DNA of 64,000 nucleotides from an uncultured Gammaproteobacteria bacterium (GTDB taxonomy: Bacteria > Patescibacteriota > Patescibacteriia > SG8-24 > DYFX01). The notes below the pieces were generated by a model that worked only from the letters and a program-made list of their open reading frames with translations, was not told the origin of the DNA and did not search any database. The stretch is from contig CAZHHN010000001.1 in assembly GCA_964532415.1 (NCBI GenBank), forward strand, positions 11,946-75,945, written 5' to 3'. Made by a program: the position numbers and the translations under genes. Shown one piece after another: positions 1 through 8,520 of the stretch. The first letter of the stretch is position 1. Each line of letters opens with the position of its first letter.

Positions 1-929
1 AATGCCGGCGCGAGCGCGAGGTCATCAAGGAGGAGATCAACATGTATGAGGACAATCCGATGATGCTCTCGGAGGAGCTGCTCGAAGGGCTGGTCTACGA
101 CGGCACGCTCTCGCGCCCGATCGCCGGCACGCACCGGACGATGGACGGCATCGACCGCGCGGCGCTGCTCCGCTGGCGCGACGCGTACTGCGTTCCGTCC
201 CGCATGGTCATCGCCGTCGCAGGAAAAATCGATGGGCGGATCATGAAGATGCTCGAAGCCGGATTCGGCCGCGTGCCGGAGCCGAAAAAGCGTCCGCCGG
301 CCTTTGCCTCCTCCACGCTGCGCGGCGGCGGTCCGCGCCTGGCGCTGAAACAGAAGGAGACCGAGCAGATCCAGTTTGCGCTCGGCTTTCCCGGCTACCC
401 CTACGGGCATCCGAAGATGGCGGCCTTGTCCGTCCTGTCGGTCATTCTGGGCGGCGGCATGTCTTCGCGGCTTTTCACCCAAATCCGCGAGCGGCGCGGC
501 CTGGCGTACTCGGTGCGCACCGAACTCAGCCCGTATCAGGACACCGGCCACCTCGCGATCCAGGCCGGACTGACCAAGGCAAAAATCGACGAGGGCATCC
601 GCGTGATTTTGGCCGAACTCGCCAAGCTGGCCAAAGCGGGCGTGACGGCCGAGGAACTCACCCGCGCCAAAGAATACATCAAGGGCAAAACGGTCATGGG
701 CCTCGAGGAATCGAGCGCCCTGGCGGACTTCTTCGCCAAGCAGGAGCTGCTGCAGCGCCGGATCGAAACGCCCGAGGAGAAACTGGCCAAGATCGCCGTC
801 GTCAGCCGCGAAGACGTCCGGAAGGTGGCGCGCGAAATCTTCCGCGACGATCACCTGTCGGCCGCGCTCATCGGTCCTTTCAAGGATCAAACGCGCTTCC
901 TGAAAATCCTGCACCTGCCCGCTGCCTGA
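1..929 (+). CDS. M16 (pitrilysin/insulinase) family zinc peptidase, C-terminal portion; 5' end is upstream of the window
   Basis: Frame is open from position 3 to the TGA at 927-929. The translation ...RVIKEEINMYEDNP...GFPGYPYGHP...LSPYQDTGHL... matches the M16 peptidase pattern. The listed ORF start at 42 is an internal Met. Confidence 0.6.
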   Translation, partial: CRREREVIKEEINMYEDNPMMLSEELLEGLVYDGTLSRPIAGTHRTMDGIDRAALLRWRDAYCVPSRMVIAVAGKIDGRIMKMLEAGFGRVPEPKKRPPAFASSTLRGGGPRLALKQKETEQIQFALGFPGYPYGHPKMAALSVLSVILGGGMSSRLFTQIRERRGLAYSVRTELSPYQDTGHLAIQAGLTKAKIDEGIRVILAELAKLAKAGVTAEELTRAKEYIKGKTVMGLEESSALADFFAKQELLQRRIETPEEKLAKIAVVSREDVRKVAREIFRDDHLSAALIGPFKDQTRFLKILHLPAA

Positions 930-931
930 CT

Positions 932-1645
932 ATGCGCAGACTTTTCTTCGCCAACTGGAAAATGCTGCTCGCGGACGACGCGGCCGAAGCCTTGGCCCGG
1001 ACGTATGCCGCGCGTGCCGCCGGCGCATCCGTCGATGTCGCCCTTGCGCCGGGTTTCACGGCCCTTGAGCGGATCGGACGCGTCCTTGCCGGTTCGCCGG
1101 TGACGCTTGGGGCGCAGGACGCGTTTTGGGAAAGCGCCGGCGCGTATACCGGCGAAGTTTCCCCGGCGCAGCTGTCGGCCCTCGGCGTCCGGTTCGTGAT
1201 CGTCGGTCACTCGGAGCGTCGGGCGATGGGGGAGGACGATGCGGTCGTGGCCAGGAAGTCCACCGCCGTCGCGGCCGCGGGCATGACTCCGGTGCTGTGC
1301 GTCGGCGAACTTCGGGAGGAACGCGAAACGGGCCGGCAGGAAGAGACCGTGCGCAGGCAGCTGGAGGCCGTCATCGGCGGGACGTGGTCCGGCCCATGGC
1401 CGATCGTGGCGTACGAACCGCGCTGGGCGATCGGCACGGGCGTGCCCTGCCGGCCCGAAGACGTCTCCGCCATGCTCGCGGTCATCCGCGCGGCTGCCGG
1501 AGCGGACACGCGCATCCTCTACGGCGGCTCGGTCGATCCCAAAAATTTCCGTTCCTATCTCGATCTGGCGGGCATCCACGGTTTGCTGGTCGGCGGGGCT
1601 TCGGCCCGGCCGGACGACGTGAATGCGTTTTTCGACGCGCTCTGA
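932..1645 (+). CDS. tpiA: Triosephosphate isomerase
   Basis: Contains the TIM hallmarks ANWKM near the N-terminus, VIVGHSERR and AYEPRWAIGTG. Length is ~237 aa. Confidence 0.9.
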   Translation: MRRLFFANWKMLLADDAAEALARTYAARAAGASVDVALAPGFTALERIGRVLAGSPVTLGAQDAFWESAGAYTGEVSPAQLSALGVRFVIVGHSERRAMGEDDAVVARKSTAVAAAGMTPVLCVGELREERETGRQEETVRRQLEAVIGGTWSGPWPIVAYEPRWAIGTGVPCRPEDVSAMLAVIRAAAGADTRILYGGSVDPKNFRSYLDLAGIHGLLVGGASARPDDVNAFFDAL

Positions 1646-1646
1646 T

Positions 1647-2516
1647 ATGTGGAACGTCGTCGGTATCGCGCTCATCCTCGCCGGTGCGGCGCTCATCTAC
1701 AGCGTGCTGGTCAAAAAATTCCCGCAGCTCAAGCTGATCGATCTCTCGACGCTTGCCCGGGAACGCCATGCCGAGGTCAAGTCGCGCATCATGAAGACGC
1801 GCTTCGACCGTTCGCTCGGCGCGCTTCGGCAGAAAACGTCCGGCATCGTCGGGCGGGCCTCTTCGGGCGTCTGGGGCGCGTTCGAGCGCGCCTACGGATC
1901 GTTGAAGCGCATGGAGTCCAAAGCGGACGGCGGCCCGCGGTCCGAAACGGTCCTGCCGTCGGGACGCGATGCGGCCGAAGCGGCACAGAAAGACGGCCGG
2001 TACGAAGAAGCCGAACGGCAGTATATTCTGGCGCTCAAAACCGATCCGCGCGATGTCGAGGCCTACCGCGGCTTGGCCGATCTCTACATCGGGCAGAAGC
2101 TCTACGACCAGGCCGCCGAGACGCTGGAATTCCTGCTGCGCCTGACGGGAGACGATGACCGGGCGCTCGGCCGCCTGGGTCAGGTCGAGGCTTCCCGAGG
2201 CGATTTCGAACGGGCCGAGGCGCGTTATCTCCGTTCGATCGAGCTCGCGGCCGACGCGACCGCCTATCGCGCTGAGCTCGGCAAGGTCTATCTGGCGGCG
2301 GGGGATGCCCGGCGCGCCTATGAGCAGTTCCGCACGGCGCTCCAGTCCGAACCCCACCATCCCAAGTATCTTGATTATTTTCTGGAAGCCAGTATACTCG
2401 TAGGCGACCGGGATGCCGCGCGCTCGGCGCTTTCTGCGCTCTCCGGGGTCAATCCCGGCAACGCCAAGCTCGAAGAGTTCCGTGCCCGCATCGAAGCACT
2501 GCGCGAAAAAGTTTAA
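1647..2516 (+). CDS. Membrane-anchored TPR-repeat protein
   Basis: ATG at 1647 follows the tpiA TGA (TGATATG junction). It has an N-terminal hydrophobic segment (VVGIALILAGAALIYSVL) followed by repeated TPR-like ...A...Y..LG.....G....A motifs. Confidence 0.6.
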   Translation: MWNVVGIALILAGAALIYSVLVKKFPQLKLIDLSTLARERHAEVKSRIMKTRFDRSLGALRQKTSGIVGRASSGVWGAFERAYGSLKRMESKADGGPRSETVLPSGRDAAEAAQKDGRYEEAERQYILALKTDPRDVEAYRGLADLYIGQKLYDQAAETLEFLLRLTGDDDRALGRLGQVEASRGDFERAEARYLRSIELAADATAYRAELGKVYLAAGDARRAYEQFRTALQSEPHHPKYLDYFLEASILVGDRDAARSALSALSGVNPGNAKLEEFRARIEALREKV

Positions 2517-2641
2517 AAATCAGATGAGATGACCCGAGCCATCCCGATTCCGGGCGAGGGTCAAGCCGCGAGCGGCGGTTGCGCGTGAGCGAGGACGGCC
2601 TTGGGCCGTTCCGAGCGTAAGCGCCACCGGCAAGCGAGCGA

Positions 2642-2717
2642 GCCGACGTAGCTCAGTTGGTAGAGCGTGTCCATGGTAAGGACAAGGTCACCGGTTCGAT
2701 CCCGGTCGTCGGCTCCA
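2642..2717 (+). tRNA. tRNA-Thr (anticodon GGT)
   Basis: Manual fold: acceptor GCCGACG/CGTCGGC, D-arm GCTC-AGTTGGTA-GAGC, anticodon stem TGTCC/GGACA with loop ATGGTAA, T-arm ACCGG-TTCGATC-CCGGT, encoded CCA. Confidence 0.85.
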
Positions 2718-2718
2718 C

Positions 2719-2804
2719 GGGCAGTTACTCAAGCGGTCAACGAGGGCAGACTGTAAATCTGCTGGCCTTGTGCCTTCCAAGGTTCGAATCCTTGACTGCC
2801 CACC
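2719..2804 (+). tRNA. tRNA-Tyr (anticodon GTA), type II with long variable arm
   Basis: Acceptor GGGCAGT/ACTGCCC, anticodon loop CTGTAAA, long variable arm, T-loop TTCGAAT, encoded CCA. Length 86 nt. Confidence 0.85.
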
Positions 2805-2840
2805 AGGGTTCAGGCCTCCATCCGGATGGAGACCTGAACC
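2805..2840 (+). other. Near-perfect 18-bp-stem hairpin in the tRNA-Tyr / tRNA-Thr spacer
   Basis: GGGTTCAGGCCTCCATCC / GGATGGAGACCTGAACCC forms an inverted repeat with one mismatch, immediately 3' of tRNA-Tyr. Confidence 0.7.
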
Positions 2841-2878
2841 CTGCGTCCGTCCGCGTTCAGGAACAGGCAGGGAGCCGT

Positions 2879-2954
2879 GCCGGCGTAGCTCAGCTGGTAG
2901 AGCAGCGCTTTTGTAAAGCGCCGGTCGAGGGTTCAAATCCCCCCGCCGGCTCCA
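2879..2954 (+). tRNA. tRNA-Thr (anticodon TGT)
   Basis: Acceptor GCCGGCG/CGCCGGC, D-arm GCTC-AGCTGGTA-GAGC, anticodon stem GCGCT/AGCGC with loop TTTGTAA, T-loop TTCAAAT, encoded CCA. Confidence 0.85.
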
Positions 2955-3009
2955 CCCCTTGACGGAAAAGCCGCCCGGGCGCATACTGAGTCCACGATTG
3001 AATTCTTTT

Positions 3010-3165
3010 ATGTCACAAGACAATCTCATCAAGTTGGAATGCACCGCCTGCAAGCGCGTGAATTACCACTCCAACAAGAACAAGAAGAAACTCAAGGCCC
3101 GCCTTGAGATGAAGAAGCACTGCGAGTGGTGTAAAAAGCACACCTTGCACAAGGAGACCAAATGA
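3010..3165 (+). CDS. rpmG: 50S ribosomal protein L33
   Basis: [51 protein letters not shown] has the L33 CxxC...CxxC zinc ribbon and the KHTLHKETK ending. It lies after the tRNA Thr-Tyr-Thr cluster, as in many bacteria. Confidence 0.9.
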   Translation: MSQDNLIKLECTACKRVNYHSNKNKKKLKARLEMKKHCEWCKKHTLHKETK

Positions 3166-3167
3166 AG

Positions 3168-3205
3168 CACCGCCCGCCCGGCGGTGTTTCGTTTTTCCGC
3201 GAAAG
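3168..3205 (+). terminator. Rho-independent terminator after rpmG
   Basis: Hairpin CACCGCC-CGCCC-GGCGGTG followed by TTTCGTTTTTCC. Confidence 0.6.
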
Positions 3206-3221
3206 TTGCTAGAGTCGGCGC

Positions 3222-3800
3222 ATGCCCGCAGATCATCGAAATTCCATCCGACAGTTCCTTGACGGACACGGTGCGCCCCTGATTCGTGCATTCCGGGTAT
3301 GGATCGGGCGTCACGCCCCGGCCATTATACCGGCTGTGGCAGATCATCTGTGCTACAGGTGCGGCGATTCCGACGACTTCGACGAGATCCGCGGCTGGTT
3401 CGAAGCCGTCGATGCCGAAGGGCCCGTCAGCCGGTTCATCTACCAGTCGATCGTTGCCGGCCGGCGCATCGCCGTCATCAGGCTGATCGAGCCGATTCCC
3501 ACGCCGCTCGGCGATCTGCGCTTCCTTGAATTGGCCGATCCCAAGCCGAAGAGTTCGATGAAAGGCGATTTTCATCATATCGAGATCTATCCGACTTCCG
3601 GCACGCCGGAAGAACTGGTCGCTTGCCTGAGCCGCGGCCCCACGGCAGGGATCGTCGATGGCCGTTTCAGGATCCCTTCGTTCCGGAAGGTTATACGGCC
3701 GCATCACACGACGTGGGATGCCGAGATGGACGGCGGTTTCATCATCCGGGTGACGGAGGAGCCGCTGATCGACAAGATCAAGCGGACAGAAATGCTTTGA
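3222..3800 (+). CDS. Hypothetical protein (possible VOC/glyoxalase-like fold) between rpmG and tRNA-Trp
   Basis: 192-aa ORF followed directly by a strong terminator. The KGDFHHIEIYPTSGTPEEL segment resembles the metal-binding strand of VOC-fold proteins. No firm family assignment. Confidence 0.45.
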   Translation: MPADHRNSIRQFLDGHGAPLIRAFRVWIGRHAPAIIPAVADHLCYRCGDSDDFDEIRGWFEAVDAEGPVSRFIYQSIVAGRRIAVIRLIEPIPTPLGDLRFLELADPKPKSSMKGDFHHIEIYPTSGTPEELVACLSRGPTAGIVDGRFRIPSFRKVIRPHHTTWDAEMDGGFIIRVTEEPLIDKIKRTEML

Positions 3801-3802
3801 GA

Positions 3803-3826
3803 GACGCGCCGGCGCGTCTTTTTTTG
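3803..3826 (+). terminator. Rho-independent terminator
   Basis: Hairpin GACGCGCC/GGCGCGTC followed by TTTTTTT. Confidence 0.75.
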
Positions 3827-3878
3827 TTCCTGCCGGCCTTGCCAGACCGTCCCGTTTCGGCTATCATGCCGATGTTCC

Positions 3879-3952
3879 GGGGGCTTGGTGAAGTGGTATC
3901 ACAAGGGTCTCCAAAACCCTTGTCGTAGGTTCGATCCCTACAGCCCCTGCCA
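3879..3952 (+). tRNA. tRNA-Trp (anticodon CCA)
   Basis: Anticodon stem-loop AGGGT-CTCCAAA-ACCCT, T-arm GTAGG-TTCGATC-CCTAC, acceptor ends AGCCCCT-G-CCA. Confidence 0.8.
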
Positions 3953-4383
3953 GGACAAGTAAGTACCGGAGCCAATCCGCCTGCCTCAGGCGTGCGCAAC
4001 CGATAATTGCGTGTCCCCGACGCAAAACGATCCGAAAGGGTCGTTTTGTCGTAGGGAGATCATCCCGCCGAAAGACAGATGATTTTGTCCATGTACGTTA
4101 GCCTGCTCCTATACGTCCGCACGTCGACGGCAGCCATGGCCGAACGCGGGACGCCGATATTGACACCTGCGCCAAATCCTGCTACGTTTATCGGCCGTGT
4201 CTTGAATGCGCAGCGGGCTGAACCATGGGCGTGGCGAAAGACGCTTCGGCAACGGAACGTCTTTCGCTGCGACCGTATTTGGTCGACGCCCCCGCCTCGG
4301 GGTACGGGGATGTGCCGCAGTATGCGGCCCCGGGCCCGACAGGCCCGGGAACAATGCCGGCTATCGGCCGAAGGAGCATCGAC

Positions 4384-4884
4384 ATGGCAAAGGTCGCGGT
4401 GACGCGCAACTGGCGCGAGGAAAACGGGGTGATCTCTCTCAGGGTCACCTCGGACGGTACGACCGGTCCCGAATGGATCGGTCGGCTCAGAAGCATGGGG
4501 TATCGGGTAAGCGTGTACGCCCAGACGCTGCTCAACTCCAGGGACTTCGTGCCCACACGTGGCATTGTGTATGAGATTGCCGTTCTGAAGGGCGGGCCGT
4601 CGCAAGTGCGTGACGATGCAAGGCGACGTGGACTTGCCAAGCCGACTCCGGAGGTTGCCTGTCTTATCCGTGCCGCCTGCACGGATGACGATCTCGAGGC
4701 GATGGGTCTCATGTGGCTCGTTGTCATGCATGAGCCCATCAGGGACTCCGTCGGCGAGCGGTTTCTTCTGGGCCCGCGCCGTGTCGGCGAGGGACGCTGG
4801 CTCGATGCCGCCTATAGCGAGCCTGAAGGCGGCTGGGGCGTCGAGAATGGGTTCGCATTCGTCGTCTCGGAAGTCAGCGCTTAG
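4384..4884 (+). CDS. Hypothetical protein
   Basis: ATG at 4384 is preceded by AGGAGC. The reading MAKVAVTRNWREENGVISLRVTSDG... has protein-like composition. The overlapping antisense ORF 4060..4935 is Arg-rich junk. No recognisable family. Confidence 0.4.
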   Translation: MAKVAVTRNWREENGVISLRVTSDGTTGPEWIGRLRSMGYRVSVYAQTLLNSRDFVPTRGIVYEIAVLKGGPSQVRDDARRRGLAKPTPEVACLIRAACTDDDLEAMGLMWLVVMHEPIRDSVGERFLLGPRRVGEGRWLDAAYSEPEGGWGVENGFAFVVSEVSA

Positions 4885-5298
4885 CACTCGAACGCGCCGG
4901 TCCTCTCGGAAACCTGGCGTTCGCCCGTCTCTCATGTCAGGGAGGCGGGTGTTTCATTTGAGGCCGAAGCACACTCCCAACAGGGGAAGCGGCGAAGAGG
5001 CCTTTTTGGCTTGTGGAAGTTGACAGCGCTTTGAGCATGTGGTGCGCATGCCAAGGACCGTCGGGGTCAATCCCGATCATTCCAATGGCCGAATTCTGCA
5101 CCGCCAACTTGACAAAACGTAAAGTATGGTGATACATAGGAATGCTCCTCGAGATGAAGGCACAGCATTTGCCGCAGCAGAAAGCGTCCAGCGACAGGTC
5201 GTTTTCTGGTACGGCAAGCCGGTGTCCATGGTGGATACCGTTCAGGCCGTGTCAGCCGATATGTCCCATGTGAGGGGATGAGTCGGCAGGGAGACAAC

Positions 5299-6117
5299 AT
5301 GGCAAACGACGATTTCAGGTTGGAGGTGGGAGCGGCACATCGGTTCGAGCTCGTGGCGCGCAGGGTGGGCTGGAGGAACAGCGACCTTACCCGCATGACG
5401 CAGGACCGGGTCATGCTCGGGCGCGTTCTCGACGTCATCAGGGGTATTGCGAGCATTGAGCCCGCTGCGCCTCTTGCCGATCGTGAGGCCGATCCATCTG
5501 CCTTGGATGGAATGGCCAGCGACGATTTCAGGTTGGGAGTGGGAGCGGCGCATCAGTTCGAGATCGCGGCGCGCGCGGGAGACTGGACGGATGCAGACCT
5601 TAGCCCCATGGAGCGTGAGGACACGCTCGCATGCATCCTTGCCTTCGTCCGGGGTGCCGGGAAGATTGTGTATATGCCGCATCTTGTCGACTGTAACGCC
5701 GATCCGTTCGTTCCGGACGGTCTATCGGTCGCGGAGTTCCACAGGGACGGCGTCATCGATCTTACCAAGACGGAGATCACGCTCTTCCTTTCGGCAAGGC
5801 AGAAACGCCCGCTCCGCGACCTGCCCGGGCACCGGGGCGGCGTCATCGATGGCCACGACCTCCGCAAGGAGATCGCAACCCGGCGGGCCCTGCACGTCAA
5901 TGTGCTCGACTATCTGCTCGCGCATCCGTCCCGTATCCCGCACGGGTGGAAGGGCGTGTCCGTGTTCTTCTGGAGAACGATTTATCTCGACGGGTTCGGC
6001 CATCCGAGCATCCGCTGCCTCTCTTGGGACGGCCGCAAGTGGTGCTCGAGCTACCGCCAGATCGGCCGCGGCTGGGGTCCAATCTATGCGGCTGCCTGCG
6101 GGCAAGATCGCGCATGA
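5299..6117 (+). CDS. Hypothetical protein with two tandem ~72-aa N-terminal repeats
   Basis: M(A)NDDFRLEVGAAHRFELVARRVGWRNSDLTRM... is repeated as MASDDFRLGVGAAHQFEIAARAGDWTDADLSPM... The direct repeat is also visible at nucleotide level with ~216 bp period starting ~5299 and ~5515. GGGAGA lies upstream of the 5299 ATG. Confidence 0.45.
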   Translation: MANDDFRLEVGAAHRFELVARRVGWRNSDLTRMTQDRVMLGRVLDVIRGIASIEPAAPLADREADPSALDGMASDDFRLGVGAAHQFEIAARAGDWTDADLSPMEREDTLACILAFVRGAGKIVYMPHLVDCNADPFVPDGLSVAEFHRDGVIDLTKTEITLFLSARQKRPLRDLPGHRGGVIDGHDLRKEIATRRALHVNVLDYLLAHPSRIPHGWKGVSVFFWRTIYLDGFGHPSIRCLSWDGRKWCSSYRQIGRGWGPIYAAACGQDRA

Positions 6118-6360
6118 TCCTGGTTACGGTGTACGGGAGATCTCTCCGCTCTGTTTCTGACAAGGTTCCCGCTCCGCGCATGCTGATGGCTGCGCGGAGC
6201 GTTTTCATATACACCGCAGGTGATTTTCTGCGCCTCATCCACGGCATGCGCGCCGATCCGGCCGCCTTGAAAAAGATCGCGGACCGCCTGCGGGCACATT
6301 TCTATCGCGTGACCCAAGTTTGACGGAACCTCCCGGCACGGGTGTAATGCCGGCAGAGCT

Positions 6361-7068
6361 ATGGAGATCCGTCTTGAGCCGTCCTGGAAAACGCATTTGA
6401 GCGGGGAATTCGAAAAGCCCTACTTCGCGCAGCTGGCCGCCTTCGTGCGCGACGAATACGCCGCTCATGCCGTCTACCCGCCGCCGAAACGCATCTTCGC
6501 CGCGCTCGATGCCGTGCCGTTCGATAAGGTACGCGTCGTCATTCTCGGCCAGGATCCGTATCACGGACCGGGACAGGCCAACGGTCTGTGCTTCTCGGTG
6601 CCGGAAGGCGTGCCGAAGCCACCCTCGCTCCAGAATATTTTCAAAGAAATCCACGATGATCTCGGGTTGCCGATCCCGAAAAGCGGGGATCTCCAGCATT
6701 GGGCCGACCAAGGCGTGCTGCTGCTGAACGCGACGCTGACCGTGGCGGCCGGGGAAGCCGGATCGCATCAGAAGCATGGCTGGGAAGAATTCACCGACGC
6801 CATCGTCAGGAAATTATCGGAAGAGCGGGAGGGCCTGGTCTTCCTGCTCTGGGGCGCCTATGCGCAAAAAAAGGGCGCGCAGATCGACCGCACCAGGCAT
6901 TTGGTGCTCACGACGGCACACCCGTCGCCGCTCTCGGCCCACAACGGTTTTTTCGGCTGCCGGCATTTCAGCAAGACCAATGCCTATCTGATTGCGAAAG
7001 GCGGGAAGCCGGTCGAATGGGTGAAAGACGCTCCGAAAGAAATCGACGTCCGGGACGTCGAATGGTAA
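6361..7068 (+). CDS. ung: Uracil-DNA glycosylase (family 1)
   Basis: Contains the GQDPYH water-activating motif, the HPSPLSA leucine-loop motif and the LLLNATLTV segment. Confidence 0.9.
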   Translation: MEIRLEPSWKTHLSGEFEKPYFAQLAAFVRDEYAAHAVYPPPKRIFAALDAVPFDKVRVVILGQDPYHGPGQANGLCFSVPEGVPKPPSLQNIFKEIHDDLGLPIPKSGDLQHWADQGVLLLNATLTVAAGEAGSHQKHGWEEFTDAIVRKLSEEREGLVFLLWGAYAQKKGAQIDRTRHLVLTTAHPSPLSAHNGFFGCRHFSKTNAYLIAKGGKPVEWVKDAPKEIDVRDVEW

Positions 7069-7076
7069 GCGCGAGA

Positions 7077-7985
7077 ATGTCTATGCGCTGCGTTCTGCAC
7101 GGCAGTTTCCGAAAGCACCTGTCCGAGATCATCCGCGTCAAGCGGGTCTTCGAGGCGGCAGGCATCGAGGTGCTGGCACCGCGTGAAGAAACGGTCGTAA
7201 GCATACAGGACGGTTTCGCGAAGTTCACCGGCGAGGAAACGCAGGATCCCCGGCTGGTGGAGCTGCTCTATCTTCATCATCTGAAGCGGCTGGATGTGGA
7301 CGGCTTCAGTTACTTCGTGAATCCTGAAGGCTATATGGGAACAAGCGCGGCCTACGAACTCGGCATCGCCCAGGTGGCGAACGTCCCTTGTTTCTTTCTC
7401 GAACCGCTGCGCGATCATCCCGCCTATCTTCATGGCGGCGCCGTTTTTCCCGCCGAGGATCTGGCGGAACATGTGCGGACGCGCGGATGCCTGCCGGAGC
7501 CGGTCGTCCGACCCGACGAAGCGGCCATGCATCGGCTCTGGGAGAATTTGATGGTTCCTGGTTCGGTGATCGCCGTCGGTGGTATCATTGAATACGACGG
7601 TGGAAGACGCCGGAACGACAGGGACATCCTGCTGGTGCGGACGCATAAGTGGGGAGGTCGCTGGTCCGTCGTCGGCGGGAAAGTTCGTCGCCACGAACGC
7701 CTGCTCGATGCCCTGGCGCGCGAGGCTCACGAGGAAACCGGTCTTCGGGTGCGTCCCGGCGCGCATCTCGCGACGTTCGACCAGATCAAGAATTCCGGTT
7801 ACTATCAGGCCGGCATGCAGCATGTCTTCGTCGATTACGTGTCGCGCGCCGATTCGAAACGCGTGCGGCTCAACGACGAAGCGCAGGCGCACGTCTGGAT
7901 GCCGGCCCGCGAGGCGCTTGCTACGCTCGACATCGAACCGAATGCCCGCCATATTGTTGAACTCTATGCCGCCCGGTCGGCTTAA
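7077..7985 (+). CDS. Two-domain protein: N-terminal domain of unknown function (~170 aa) fused to a C-terminal NUDIX hydrolase
   Basis: The Nudix box GGKVRRHERLLDALAREAHEETGL (GX5EX7REUXEEXGU) is in the C-terminal half. The ATG at 7077 (MSMRC) is just after the ung stop. The 6699 extension of this ORF overlaps ung in another frame and is rejected. Confidence 0.7.
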   Translation: MSMRCVLHGSFRKHLSEIIRVKRVFEAAGIEVLAPREETVVSIQDGFAKFTGEETQDPRLVELLYLHHLKRLDVDGFSYFVNPEGYMGTSAAYELGIAQVANVPCFFLEPLRDHPAYLHGGAVFPAEDLAEHVRTRGCLPEPVVRPDEAAMHRLWENLMVPGSVIAVGGIIEYDGGRRRNDRDILLVRTHKWGGRWSVVGGKVRRHERLLDALAREAHEETGLRVRPGAHLATFDQIKNSGYYQAGMQHVFVDYVSRADSKRVRLNDEAQAHVWMPAREALATLDIEPNARHIVELYAARSA

Positions 7986-7994
7986 CCGCCCCGT

Positions 7995-8501
7995 ATGACT
8001 TTGCCATTCACCACATCCGAACTTGAACGCTTGCTGGAGCTTGCTGCACTCGGAGAATGGCTGCTCGACGGTCATCGTCCCGAGGGCCAGGACTCGCCAG
8101 CGCACGCGGCCGTCCTTCAGAAATTGTACGCCTTGGCCGATGACGAAGGTCTCGGCTGGCTGATCGGTCTCGACGAAGCGGCCGACCGGCTCAAGCCATC
8201 GGAGGCGCTTATGGCCAGGATCGACGGGGAAGTCCAGAATTACGATGAGGCGGTCTTCTGGGACGAACTGGCGATCCGCCTGGCCGAACGCGATCTCAGG
8301 GACGAGCTCGGCGCGGCGGCGTTCGACGCCCTGCCGCACGGCGAGCGGCACGAACGCGCCGAGGCGCTGGCCCGGGCCTACGACCGCGAATTCGAACGGC
8401 ACGGTCTCGGGCGACTGCATCTGGAAACGCCGCGTCGGAACCGCCGCCCGCGCGATCCGCTGACCGAACGTCTTAAAAAAATGTTCGGCGACACGTTTTG
8501 A
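7995..8501 (+). CDS. Hypothetical acidic protein
   Basis: 168-aa ORF with protein-like composition and no recognisable motifs. Confidence 0.4.
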   Translation: MTLPFTTSELERLLELAALGEWLLDGHRPEGQDSPAHAAVLQKLYALADDEGLGWLIGLDEAADRLKPSEALMARIDGEVQNYDEAVFWDELAIRLAERDLRDELGAAAFDALPHGERHERAEALARAYDREFERHGLGRLHLETPRRNRRPRDPLTERLKKMFGDTF

Positions 8502-8520
8502 CGCCCGATCCGGGCGACGC

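Noticed and set aside
4060-4935. 291-aa minus-strand ORF opposite the 4384..4884 gene
   Set aside because: Arg-rich junk translation with no ribosome-binding site. The plus-strand ORF has an AGGAGC RBS and a more protein-like sequence. Both remain uncertain.
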